From Macrostomum hystrix (Eukaryota > Animalia > Platyhelminthes): a stretch of DNA of 64,000 bases. The stretch lies in the NCBI GenBank assembly GCA_950097015.1, contig CATNEN010000032.1, forward strand, positions 2,170,001 through 2,234,000, given 5' to 3'. Position 1 is the stretch's first letter, and every line of letters begins with the position of its first letter. Both the position numbers and the translations under genes were made by a program. Shown one piece after another: positions 24,900 through 37,199 of the stretch. Under the pieces are notes generated by a model, which saw nothing but the letters and a program-made list of their open reading frames with translations, ran no database searches and was not told the DNA's origin.

Positions 24900-25380
24900 A
24901 AGAGGGGGGAAAGGAGGGAAAGAAGGAGAGGGGGGAGAAGGAGAGGGGGAAGGAGAGGGGAGAAATAGAGGGGGAGAAGGAGAGGGGAAGAAGGAGGGGG
25001 AGAAGGAGAGGGGAGATGGAGAGGGGAGATGGAGAGGGGAGATGGAGAGGGGGAGATGGAGAGGGGGAGATGGAGAGGGAAGAAGGAGAGGGGGAGAAGG
25101 AGAGGGGAAGAAGGAGGGAGGAGAAGGAGAGGGGAGATGGAGAGGGGGAGATAGAGAGGGGAGAAGGAGAGGGGGAGATGGAGAGGGGAGATGGAGAGGG
25201 GGAGATGGAGAGGGAAGAAGGAGAGGGGGAGAAGGAGAGGGGAAGAAGGAGGGAGGAGAAGGAGAGGGGAGATGGAGAGGGGGAGATGGAGAGGGGAGAA
25301 GGAGAGGGGGAGATGGAGAGGGGAGAAGGAGAGGGGGAGATGGAGAGGGAAGAAGGAGAGGGGGGAAGGAAATAAGAGAA
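24900..25380. repeat. Purine-rich low-complexity repeat (GGAGAGGGGGAGAT / GGAGAGGGGAGAA)
   Basis: Read directly. Confidence 0.9.
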
Positions 25381-25559
25381 GGAGGATAAGGAAAGGAGAA
25401 GAGGAGAAAGAGAAGGAAGAAAAGGGAGAGAGAATAGGTAGGAGAGGGAGGAACTAGCGAGTCCATAGTGCACCCAAAATTCTAAATCTTAGTCTTCTTC
25501 TGATAACTGTGAAAGTACGGCAAAGCTCACACAGAAAAGGAGAGCATTAGTATTTCGTG

Positions 25560-25710
25560 AGGGAGGGCAGTGGGATGTTTGTACCAAGGTCCCTGAGCTC
25601 GATTCCGCGGCGAGGCCACATTCATTTGACATGCAGCCGCGGAGAGAAAGCTTGGGGGCTTGTCGTGCAAGGGTCAACCTCCAAGGCACAGTGAGAGTGT
25701 ACACCTGAGT
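25560..25710 (+). mobile_element. tRNA-derived SINE, copy 2 (head partly deleted)
   Basis: 25583-25704 matches 6254-6386 with a few substitutions and one ~11-nt indel. Confidence 0.65.
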
Positions 25711-25957
25711 GGACACACCACAGCTTGCGCGAAAACAGCGCCAGCTGGAAGAGTTCAGCAGACAACAGCCAGACAAAACACAATTGTAGCGCTAAATTGG
25801 ATATCTGCAAGTCTATTATTCACTAGACAGTTGGTGGGAATTTGACAGTATTCTTGTGTTAGTGCAGAACTATGCATTTTTTACTTGGTAGGGTGATATT
25901 ACAGACATGAAATCCAAAAATTGTTCCTTGACTGTTTGCACTACAACAGTTCACGAC

Positions 25958-26990
25958 TTGAATCTAACAGTTCACACCTTGAATCTAACAGTTCACACCT
26001 TGAATCTAACAGTTTACACCTTGAATCTAACAGTTCACACCCTGAATCTAACAGTTCACACCCTGAATCTAACAGTTCACACCTTGAATCTAACAGTTCA
26101 CACCTTGAATCTAACAGTTCACACCTTGAATCTAACAGTTCACATCTTGAATCTAACAGTTCACACCCTGAATCTAACAGTTCACACCTTGAATCTAACA
26201 GTTCACACCCTGAATCTAACAGTTAACACCTTGAATCTAACAGTTCACACCTTGAATCTAACAGTTCACACCTTGAATCTAACAGTTAACACCTTGAATC
26301 TAACAGTTCACACCCTGAATCTAACAGTTTACACCTTGAATCTAACAGTTCACACCCTGAATCTAACAGTTCACACCTTGAATCTAACAGTTTACATCTT
26401 GAATCTAACAGTTCACACCTTGAATCTAACAGTTCACACCCTGAATCTAACAGTTCACACCTTGAATCTAACAGTTTACATCTTGAATCTAACAGTTCAC
26501 ACCTTGAATCTAACAGTTCACACCTTGAATCTAACAGTTCACACCTTGAATCTAACAGTTCACACCCTGAATCTAACAGTTCACACCTTGAATCTAACAG
26601 TTCACACCTTGAATCTAACAGTTCACACCTTGAATCTAACAGTTCACACCCTGAATCTAACAGTTCACACCCTGAATCTAACAGTTCACACCTTGAATCT
26701 AACAGTTCACACGTTGAATCTAACAGTTCACACCTTGAATCTAACAGTTCACACCCTGAATCTAACAGTTCACACCTTGAATCTAACAGTTCACATCTTG
26801 AATCTAACAGTTCACACCTTGAATCTAACAGTTCACACCCTGAATCTAACAGTTCACACCTTGAATCTAACAGTTCACATCTTGAATCTAACAGTTCACA
26901 CCCTGAATCTAACAGTTCACACCTTGAATCTAACAGTTCACACCTTGAATCTAACAGTTCACATCTTGAATCTAACAGTTCACACGTTGA
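25958..26990. repeat. 21-bp minisatellite GAATCTAACAGTTCACACC(T/C)T
   Basis: Read directly; explains the 406-aa LNLTVHT ORF. Confidence 0.97.
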
Positions 26991-27584
26991 CTCTAAAGGA
27001 GTTGCACACCTTACTGGCAAAAAGTGATACTTTATGCAAAATTCTGCACTTTGAAGGCTGCAGAAACGTTTGCCTAGTTAGTCGAACAAGCATTTTGTCC
27101 CATTGCCGAAGAATTTCTACATTTTAAAGCAAGCGGTGTTGCTTAGCTACCAATATAGCAAGATTTTGAATCAGCGTTAATTTCATCAGGTAAGGACCTG
27201 AGTGCGGTGACTGCAGCAATCGACACCCTCAAGCACATAAATAATAACTCAGCCCCTGCCCTTGCACTGTTGCACTCCAAGTATCAAATTTCAGTTGGGC
27301 TCATTGGTACCAATGCTAGAACTTTTATAGTTGTTTATTTCACTCAGATGCAGCTCATTGAATTTTCACATATATATTCGTACTTGTCTACTTTCAGTAG
27401 AACTTAAAAGGCAACTCTCAAACATCAGATATATACTCGTATTCCATTCAACGAGTAGTCAAGCATTGCTTTTCTCATTCCATTAAAATTCTTTGTTATT
27501 TTTTTACTTCTTGCAGAGCCATTTCATGTCAGGAGGACTTCATTAAATATTGTTATGATCCGTAAAATGTGCATCCTTTATCTC

Positions 27585-30500
27585 CCTAAACTTGGCATTC
27601 CTCATATCCCTAAACTAGGGATTCCTCATATCCCTAAACTATGGGTTCTCTAGATCCCTAAACTATGGGTTCTCTAGATCCCTAAACTATGGGTTCTCTA
27701 GATCCCTAAACTAGGGATTCCTCATATCCCTAAACTATGGGTTCTCTAGATCCCTAAACTATGGGTTCTCTAGATCCCTAAACTATGGGTTCTCTAGATC
27801 CCTAAACTATGGGTTCTCTAGATCCCTAAACTATGGGTTCTCTAGATCCCTAAACTAGGGGTTCTCTAGATCCCTAAACTAGGGGTTCTCTAGATCCCTA
27901 AACTATGGGTTCTCTAGATCCCTAAAATAGGGGTTCTCCTAAACTATGGATTCTCTAGATCCTAAACTTGGGGTTCTCTAGATCCCTAAACTATGGGTTC
28001 TCTAGATCCCTAACCTATGGGTTCTCTTAAACTATGGATTCTCTAGACCCCTAAACTTGGAGTTCTCTAGATCCCTAAACTATGGGTTCTCTAGATCCCT
28101 AAACTATTGGTTCTCTAGATCCCTAAACTATGGGTTCTCTAGATCCCTAAACTAGGGGTTCTCTAGATCCCTAAACTATGGGTTCTCTAGATCCCTAAAC
28201 TATGGGTTCTCTAGATCCCTAAACTAGGGGTTCTCTAGATCCCTAAACTATGGGTTCTCTAGATCCCTAAAATAGGGGTTCTCTAGATCCCTAAACTATG
28301 GGTTCTCTAGATCCCTAAAATAGGGGTTCTCCTAAACTATGGATTCTCTAGATCCTAAACTTGGGGTTCTCTAGACCCCTAAACTATGGGTTCTCTAGAT
28401 CCCTAAACTATGGGTTCTCTAGATCCCTAACCTATGGGTTCTCTTAAACTATGGATTCTCTAGACCCCTAAACTTGGGGTTCTCTAGATCCCTAAACTAG
28501 GGGTTCTCTAGATCCCTAAACTATGGGTTCTCTAGATCCCTAAAATAGGGGTTCTCCTAAACTATGGATTCTCTAGATCCTAAACTTGGGGTTCTCTAGA
28601 CCCCTAAACTATGGGTTCTCTAGATCCCTAAACTAGGGGTTCTCTAGATCCCTAAACTATGGGTTCTCTAGATCCCTAAAATAGGGGTTCTCCTAAACTA
28701 TGGATTCTCTAGATCCTAAACTTGGGGTTCTCTAGATCCCTAAACTATGGGTTCTCTAGATCCCTAACCTATGGGTTCTCTTAAACTATGGATTCTCTAG
28801 ACCCCTAAACTTGGGGTTCTCTAGATCCCTAAACTATGGGTTCTCTAGATCCCTAAACTATGGGTTCTCTAGATCCCTAAACTATGGGTTCTCTAGATCC
28901 CTAAACTAGGGGTTCTCTAGATCCCTAAACTATGGGTTCTCTAGATCCCTAAACTATGGGTTCTCTAGATCCCTAAACTATGGGTTCTCTAGATCCCTAA
29001 AATAGGGGTTCTCTAGATCCCTAAACTATGGGTTCTCTAGATCCCTAAACTATGGGTTCTCTAAATCCCTAAACTATGGGTTCTCTAGATCCCTAAACTA
29101 GGGGTTCTCTAGATCCCTAAACTATGGGTTCTCTAGATCCCTAAACTATGGGTTCTCTAGATCCCTAAACTATGGGTTCTCTAGATCCCTAAAATAGGGG
29201 TTCTCTAGATCCCTAAACTATGGGTTCTCTAGATCCCTAAACTATGGGTTCTCTAAATCCCTAAACTATGGGTTCTCTAGATCCCTAAACTAGGGGTTCT
29301 CTAGATCCCTAAACTAGGGGTTCTCTAGATCCCTAAAATAGGGGTTCTCCTAAACTATGGATTCACTAGATCCTAAACTTGGGGTTCTCTAGATCCCTAA
29401 ACTATGGGTTCTCTAGATCCCTAAACTATGGGTTCTCTTAAACTATGGATTCTCTAGATCCCTAAACTATGGGTTCTCTTAAACTATGGATTCTCTAGAC
29501 CCCCAAACTAGGGGTTCTCTAGATCCCTAAACTATGGGTTCTCTAGATCCCTAAACTAGGGGTTCTCTAGATCCCTAAACTATGGGTTCTCTAGATCCCT
29601 AAACTATGGGTTCTCTAGATCCCTAAACTAGGGGTTCTCTTAAACTATGGATTCTCTAGATCCCTAAACTTGGGGTTCTCTAGATCCCTAAACTATGGGT
29701 TCTCTAGATCCCTAAACTTGGGGTTCTCTAGATCCCTAAACCATGGATTCTCTAGATCCCTAAACTATGGGTTCTCTAGATCCCTAAACTATGGATTCTC
29801 TAGATCCCTAAACTTGGGGTTCTCTAGATCCCTAAACTAGGGGTTCTCTAGATCCCTAAACTTGGGGTTCTCTAGATCCCTAAACTATGGGTCCTCTAGA
29901 TCCCTAAACTAGGGGTTCTCTAGATCCCTAAACCATGGATTCTCTAGATCCCTAAACTATGGGTTCTCTAGATCCCTAAACTATGGGTTCTCTAGATCCC
30001 TAAACTTGGAGTTCTCTAGATCCCTAAACTAGGGGTTCTCTAGATTCCTTAACTATGGGTTCTCTAGATCCCTAAACTATGGGTTCTCTAGATCCCTAAA
30101 CCATGGGTTCTCTAGATCCCTAAACTTGGGGTTCTCTAGATCCCTAAACTATGGGTTCTCTAGATCCCTAAACTTGGGGTTCTCTAGATCCCTAAACTAT
30201 GGGTTCTCTAGATCCCTAAACTTAGGGTTCTCTAGATCCCTAAACTAGGGGTTCTCTAGATCCCTAAACCATGGATTCTCTAGATCCCTAAACTATGGGT
30301 TCTCTAGATCCCTAAACTATGGGTTCTCTAGATCCCTAAACTTAGGGTTCTCTAGATCCCTAAACTAGGGGTTCTCTAGATCCCTAAACTTGGGGTTCTC
30401 TAGATCCCTAAACTATGGGTTCTCTAGATCCCTAAACTTGGGGTTCTCTAGATCCCTAAACTAGGGGTTCTCTAGATCCCTAAACCATGGATTCTCTAGA

Positions 30501-30722
30501 TCCCTAAACTTGGGGTTCTCTAGATCCCTAAACTTGGGGTTCTCTAGATCCCTAAACTATGGGTTCTCTAGATCCCTAAACTATGGGTTCTCTAGATCCC
30601 TAAACTATGGGTTCTCTAGATCCCTAAACTATGGGTTCTCTAGATCCCTAAACTATGGGTTCTCTAGATCCCTAAACTAGGGGTTCTCTAGATCCCTAAA
30701 CTTGGGGTTCTCTAGATCCCTA
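27585..30722. repeat. 24-bp satellite CCCTAAACTATGGGTTCTCTAGAT, about 3.1 kb
   Basis: Read directly; variant cassettes recur. Confidence 0.97.
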
Positions 30723-31780
30723 TAAACAATCGTATCTTTAGATTCCTTTATCAAGTTTTCATAATTAAGTGATTCATTAGATTCCAAAATTAGGGATTTT
30801 TCGGATACTGGGATTTGTAAGTTGCATAAAATTTTAATCAATGACGAACAGAAGGGTTTTCGATCCTCATTTCCGAAAAAAATAAATTTGTAACAAATTA
30901 TGCATTGCCACACTCCACGGCTTGTCTCTGAGCATCTTCTAGTCAAATATGATCGCGAAATTACACGATATCCTTATATTATTCAACAAATCCGTTTTTT
31001 GCTAGTCCTCCACCTCAGTTGCACAAGAGATCTATAGGTACGTATGATTAATTATATAGAAGAAAAATTAGAAAAGAAACTTGTTAGGGAAATAATTCCA
31101 CCTTCCAACTTGTGTCTGCAATCTGCATCTTAGCTAAGCACTCCTTTTAATGCTTTTGTAGTTGAATATGGCATTGAAATTCAATCCAGGGGACCCGAGC
31201 TAATTTTACAGTCTCAGTTTGTGCACGCGAAACGCAAAATAAAGGTTTCAAATTTCTCTGCAACATAAATTTTGCCATACGTAGAAATCTCATTAATTTA
31301 AATTTACCTAGTGGTCTTAAGTTGGGAAAAGTCAAAGTATCTATTTCCGCTAAGAACACGAATAAAATTAAGGATATCAACGATAAATTTGTTTAACATA
31401 AGCGCCCCTTTTGTTTGACTTTCCATGCGCAACACGCAATGAACGGTGAATTTAGTGAGGTGGTGGGTGGAGCGTTGAACAGCCGTTCCAGCTGCATTTT
31501 TGTGGGGTGGTGGGTGGAGGGGTGAAAGACTGGCTGTTCCAGCTAAATTTTGTGGGTTGAAAGGTTTGATAGGCAAGGGTTCTTTGTGGGGTGGTGGGGC
31601 GTCTGCCCGATTGCTATTGGCTGGCCCGTTACAAAACACCCACCACCCCTTAAAAAGGATTGAACTGTTCCAGGGCCTTGGGCCCGTGGCTCCATAAATA
31701 AAGTGGGGTCTAAATCGAAGTCCGCCTTCAAATTTTTCTCGCAATTGCCCTGAAGTATTGAATTTCGCACGTTGAAGACA

Positions 31781-33524
31781 ATGCACCAGCGAAAGCTCAT
31801 CATCAATAGCAAAGCGGGCCAACAAACGGAACCCACAGAATCTGCCGCATCAGCAAACATCAATAGGAATCGATCGCCAAGCCAGCTGGCCCAGGCTCTG
31901 CTGGCTAGCATGCGGCTGTTCATTGCAGCTGATGCTGATAGGTTTCGAACAAAGTACGGCTGTTTTAGCTGGCGCCTTACCAGCGCCGACCAGTTGCCGG
32001 GCTATTATCGGCGGCGTCGCGGCTGCAGCTGCTGTCACGAAAACGTCGTGGAAGACGACAGTGGAATAAAGAAGCAGGAACAGCAAGCCGACACTGTTGA
32101 GCCAGCAAGTGAAGCTAGGAAGACTAGAGGCCGACCGGTCAAAGCCAAGCGGCGGCAGCAGCAGCAGGACCTGGCCAAGTCTTCCACCTCCTCAACGGGC
32201 CTAGCTGTGGTTCCAGACATTGCAGCATCTCCTAAGACGGCTAGGATGACGCAACAGACTCAAATTACAGGTGAGCAGGCAGGTGAAGAGAGCGAGTGGG
32301 ACAGGTGGAGAGAGAGCGAGAGGGTAAGGGGAGAGAGCGAGAGGGTAAGGAGAGAGAGCGGGAGGGTAAGAAGAGAGAGCTGGAGGGTAAGGACAGAGAG
32401 AGCGGGAGGCTAAGGAGAGAGCTGGAGGGTAAGGAGAGAGAGCTGGAGGGTAAGGAGAGAGAGCTGGAGGGTAAGGAGAGAGAGCTGGAGGGTAAGGAGA
32501 GAGAGAGCTGGAGGGTAAGGAGAGAGCTGGAGGGTAAGGAGAGAGAGCTGGAGGGTAAGGAGAGAGAGCTGGAGGGTAAGGAGAGAGCTGGAGGGTAAGG
32601 AGAGAGAGAGCTGGAGGGTAAGGAGAGAGAGCTGGAGGGTAAGGAGAGAGAGGAGGCATAACGCAGAAACCTTACTCATTCAATCACCTCAATTTTCTAA
32701 ATAACTTTTCACATCGAGTCCTTCCCTGCTCCGTGACAACAATTCTTCATATTACTGCATGCAGTTTGCTAATATATGTGCCAAGACGATCATCAATTAG
32801 CAAATTTATGCCCTGTACTGATTTCATTGCCTAACAGTTTTCATTAACATTCATAATCCACCTGCTGGGAAAATTATCAAAACTGAAAACTATTTGTTGG
32901 ATCTCTGCCAAACTATTTGACGACATTTCGCGCCTTAGCAACCAAACAAGATCAGTATTGAATGTGAACCCATTCTTTGGCTAAATGCCAAAATGGCCTC
33001 TTTGGCTCACCAAGATTTTAATTCGAAATTTACCTTTGGAAACCACATTACGTCATCAGTGTTGGTCTAGTCTCTCATTCTTTGTTCTTCCCATTCATAA
33101 CAGACCGTGATCCCGCATAGCAACCAGGTATCTAGTGGTATTATGTGTGCGGTGTCTAGATAGCTGTAAATATACATTTAGCCTTGGCATATAGTAAAGT
33201 TGGAATTCATTTTCATATCAATCAAATCCGATCTAACTCTGTAAATTTATCAGATCGATGAAGAACAACTGTGTGGCCTAGTTGCTAAGGCTTTTCTTAA
33301 TGTATAACTACTGCCTACATAGATTGAAATAATTCAAATGGCAACTGTTAGAATATCTATTACTGTACAGTGAATCAGATCAGGATTTTATAACAAACAC
33401 GATAGAGCACTAATCCCCATTTTTTCATTTCCAGACGTCTTCCCGCTGAAGAAGAGGCGACTCAATTCGGCCGGCGTTGCCATGGTAACCAAGACAACAG
33501 CGCAGTTTGAGCACCCGGCAGCAG
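31781..33524 (+). CDS. Putative spliced orphan protein; exons ~31756/31781-32270 and 33435-33524
   Basis: GC-rich open frame ending ATTACAG|gtgag (phase 1), joined in frame to tttcatttccag|AC GTC (DVFPLKKRRLNSAGVAMVTKTTAQFEHPAA), which ends G|gtaata; no family recognised. Confidence 0.45.
32290..32655. repeat. ~21-bp intronic minisatellite GGAGAGAGAGCTGGAGGGTAA
   Basis: Read directly. Confidence 0.9.
33476..33489. promoter_or_regulatory. RFX X-box consensus GTTGCCATGGTAAC
   Basis: Exact consensus, identical to 10545-10558. Confidence 0.35.
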
Positions 33525-33864
33525 GTAATAGTGCCAGAATCTAGGAGAGATATTAAACGCCTCGCTCAGAGTATGACTGATTGAATGATTGCATGTGTAC
33601 TATACTTATTGCTCGTCTGATCAATCATCTATTTTTCGATTTTTTACTCTTATGACAATAAATGAAGGTTACTTTTTCGTGTAAATATTTTTGTTCCATT
33701 TATTTCTTTAAATAGCTATGCTTATGCAATATTTGTTATGAAATTAATATACAATAAATTATACATTTCTAAGGACTTGGACACAAGCTCTTAGTTTACC
33801 CTAAATAATTGTGAATTCTCCAGTAATTTCTTAATATAAAAGTGGTTATTCGAAATTAGTAGAC

Positions 33865-34420
33865 GTAGAGAGAATAAGATATGAGACGGTAGAGATATGA
33901 TATGAGACGGTAGAGATAAGATATGAGACGGTAGAGATAAGATATGAGACGGTAGAGATAAGATATGAGACGGTAGAGATAAGATATGAGACGGTAGAGA
34001 TAAGATATGAGACGGTAGAGATAAGATATGAGACGGTAGAGATAAGATGTGAGACGGTAGAGATAAGATATGAGACGGTAGAGATATGATATGAGACGGT
34101 AGAGAGGTAAAGAGAGAAGATGAGACAGCTGAGAGAGAAGATGAGACAGCAGAGAGAAATGGTGAGACAGCAGAGAGGAAAGGTAAGACAGCAGAGAGAA
34201 ATGGTGAGACAGCTGAGAGAAATGATTAGACAGCAGATAGAAATGATTAGACAGCAGAGAGAAATGATGAGACAGCAGATAGAAATGATTAGACAGCAGA
34301 GAGAAATGATGAGACAGCAGAGAGAAATGATTAGACAGCAGAGAGAAATGATGAGACAGCAGAGAGAAATGATGAGACAGCAGAGAGAAAATATGAGACA
34401 GTTGAGAGAAAAGATGAGAC
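33865..34420. repeat. Two abutting 21-bp minisatellites (GAGACGGTAGAGATAAGATAT then GAGACAGCAGAGAGAAATGAT)
   Basis: Read directly. Confidence 0.9.
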
Positions 34421-35284
34421 AGCGAATATATTTTTCGACGGTGTGGAGATAAAGGGGAAAAAGAGAAGCTGTGCACAGATCGGAGAGTTTGCCGACCCCC
34501 CTAGTTCTATGGTCTAGACGTCCTTCGCTTAGCAAAGTAGAAAAGCAATTAAGCCCGCTTTTCTATGGTGCTCCATATTCATAGGTAGCGAGAAAGCCCA
34601 CGCGACAGACAGACAGATCGACAATTCATTTCAAAGCCATCCCGGCCCATTCATAGGGGAGATTTTACAACCCCAGTAAAAGGCAGGCTTATTCCTCATC
34701 AATTCATGCGCGTGCTCGTGCCTCGCCTAGACTGGGGCTCTGAAAAGGCTTCACATTTTGGACACGGGGGTCCTGCATGAAGGAGCCCTTGGGCTTTGTT
34801 GTCTGAGGGGATCGAAGTTTGTAAGGGGAAAATGGGAACAATATGGGGTCCCGACTCCACTAACTAGATTGCAGCTGTTTCTTCGCTTCAAATTTCCCAG
34901 AGGGCCGCGGTGACTCACGCCACGGCCCGTCAGTGCCAGTGCTGGGTGTGTGCGAATGAGGCCGACAGCAAGACTGGCGACGCGCTCTCAATATGGTTCA
35001 GTTTTAGCCATAGAATTAGTCAGCACACAAGCAGGTTCCGCACGCGAGTGCCACCAGAGCTTCGGAGCCCTTATCTATAGACGTCTTATCAGCTTCTTTG
35101 TTCCCATGGTTGAACCACTGGGATTTATACATTGAAAAACATGACGAATCGAATCTCGGGAAGGAATTAAATAAATCTTTTTTTATGCCTGTCTGATGAA
35201 CCATTGAGGCAAATAGTGCAAATTAAAAAACAACAGGAAAAATCTGTCTGAAGGGAGGAGAGAGTAGGATCCAAGGGAAGAGAG

Positions 35285-35580
35285 AATGGGATCTATGAGT
35301 GAGAGAATGGGATCCAAGGGAGGCGAGAATGGGATCCAAGGAAGGAGAGAATGGGATCTCAGGAGAGAGAAAGGGATCTCAGGAGAGAGAATGGGGTCTC
35401 AGGAGAGAGAATGGGGTCTCAGGAGAGAGAATGAGGTCTCAGGAGGGAGAACGGGATCTCAGGAGAAAGAATGGGATCTCAGGAGGGAGAATGGGATCTC
35501 AGGAGAGAGAATGAAATCTCAGGAGAGAGAATAGGATCTCAGGAGAGAGAATGGGGCCTCAGGAGAGAGAATGGGACCCT
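35285..35580. repeat. 20-bp minisatellite GGGATCTCAGGAGAGAGAAT
   Basis: Read directly. Confidence 0.9.
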
Positions 35581-36179
35581 GCTGGGTGGCAGGGTCCGCT
35601 ATTCATATTTTGTCTTGCACAATCACACAGCATGAACCTTGCCGCTCAAAGTATTCCCCTCGGTGCATGAGAGATGGTTGGGCACGTTACGAAGGCATTT
35701 CAAACGGGAAACGGCTGTGAGATTTCACGCAGCAATGAGCACTCGAGCAGCCGTACCCAGGAAGGCTTCTTTACAGTCAAAAGGAAAAGATTCGCACAAT
35801 AAGAAGCAGGCCTGAGAAGAAGGCGAAGAGGATCGCAGGTGCGAATCGTAACAATGGGCCAGATGTTTGACGACTTAGTCGCGTGGGCGTTTTGTCGCCC
35901 GTCGACTTCAATTGGGAATGGGATGGGATATTTTCCCTTCAGCCTGCGCCGAATGGCGCAATGCCCACTTCTCTGCGAGCTCTGAAAGATTTCTCAATAT
36001 TGTGTGCGTCCCGCAGTGAGTTCGATAGGGGAAGCGGAAGAGAATGGGATGGGAGAGACGGCAATGCGAAATGGGATTCGGGCTAACATCTGCCGCCTAG
36101 CTGGCACGCTTAATTGGATGCACCCGCCTCCTGTCACACTGCACGCAGATCATGAGGTCTAGCCAGGACTCTGCCTTCT

Positions 36180-36330
36180 CTCCTTCTCATCTCCCTTCCT
36201 TCTCATCTCCGTTCCTTCTCATCTCGCTTCCTTCTCGTCTCCCTTCCCTCTCATCTCCCTTCCCTCTCATCTCCCTTCCCTCTCATCTCCCTTCCCTCTC
36301 ATCTCCCTTCCCTCTCATCTCCTTTTCCCT
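36180..36330. repeat. Pyrimidine-rich repeat CCCTTCCCTCTCATCT
   Basis: Read directly. Confidence 0.85.
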
Positions 36331-37199
36331 ATCGTCTCATCACCTTCCCCCTATCCCTCTCATCACCCTAGCCCTTCCAATGCCAGTCGCAGTCATCAAT
36401 AGAAAGTGATCTCGCTAGAAAATCGAGGCTAACGAGGCAAGAGTCACCAAGTATAGCAATTGGTGACACTTCATAAACAAACAAACGGACAGCTTAATTT
36501 ATAAAGCAGTCTTACCCTTAGTCTTATTTGCACATCGCACTAATTCTTATCACTAAACGTATTATATCTAGCTTTGCTATTTTAATCGTTAATCGTAACA
36601 ATAATACAGGTAAACTTTGCGCAATCAGCATTTTGACGTCCAGCATTCGAAAGTCGAATAGCAAACAAACACAGGTGAATGGACACCTTATATAATTCCT
36701 GGAATTGGACATTGTTACTATTGCAGGTGCCAATCGCATCCCCAGGCTCCGATCCCCATGCAGCTGCAATTCTATCTCCTCCCCCCACTCTTCATCTTGG
36801 CCGCCACGAAGTCTTTGTCGCGCGCCAGAGCCTCGGACTGACTGGCTGGATGGGCGGGGACATTGACAAAGACTTCAAGTTGAAACTGAATACAAACTGC
36901 CTGCATGAAAGCACCAATGTTGCGCCATTGGGCTAACAAAACACTCCAACCAATTTTATCCCTCCAAAAAAGAAACAATAAAAAACTGACACCTTACAAT
37001 TTTAGCGCGGTGGGAGTCGACAAAAACTAAAATGTTGTCACCCGATCTTTTTATAGAAAACAAAGCCTATTGCCTGTCTGACGGGGAAGGTCTTTGTCTT
37101 ATTTTTGCCACGTCCTCTATAAGATTTGCTTCGATACAACGTAGATGTTACAAGAGTAAGATAAAAAAGAGTTTTTTCTTGACTGGTTTCATGGCTTCG

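Noticed and set aside
27585-30722. Telomere-like CCCTAAA/TTTAGGG/TTAGGG motifs in the 24-, 50- and 16-bp arrays
   Set aside because: One motif per longer unit, never tandem; not interstitial telomere repeats
33254-33266. ATCGATGAAGAAC, part of the 5.8S rRNA signature
   Set aside because: Only 13 nt match; flanks do not resemble 5.8S
35640-36940. GC-rich patches with splice-like signals (35943-36016, 36727-36936)
   Set aside because: Could be exons, but no consistent frame or family could be supported
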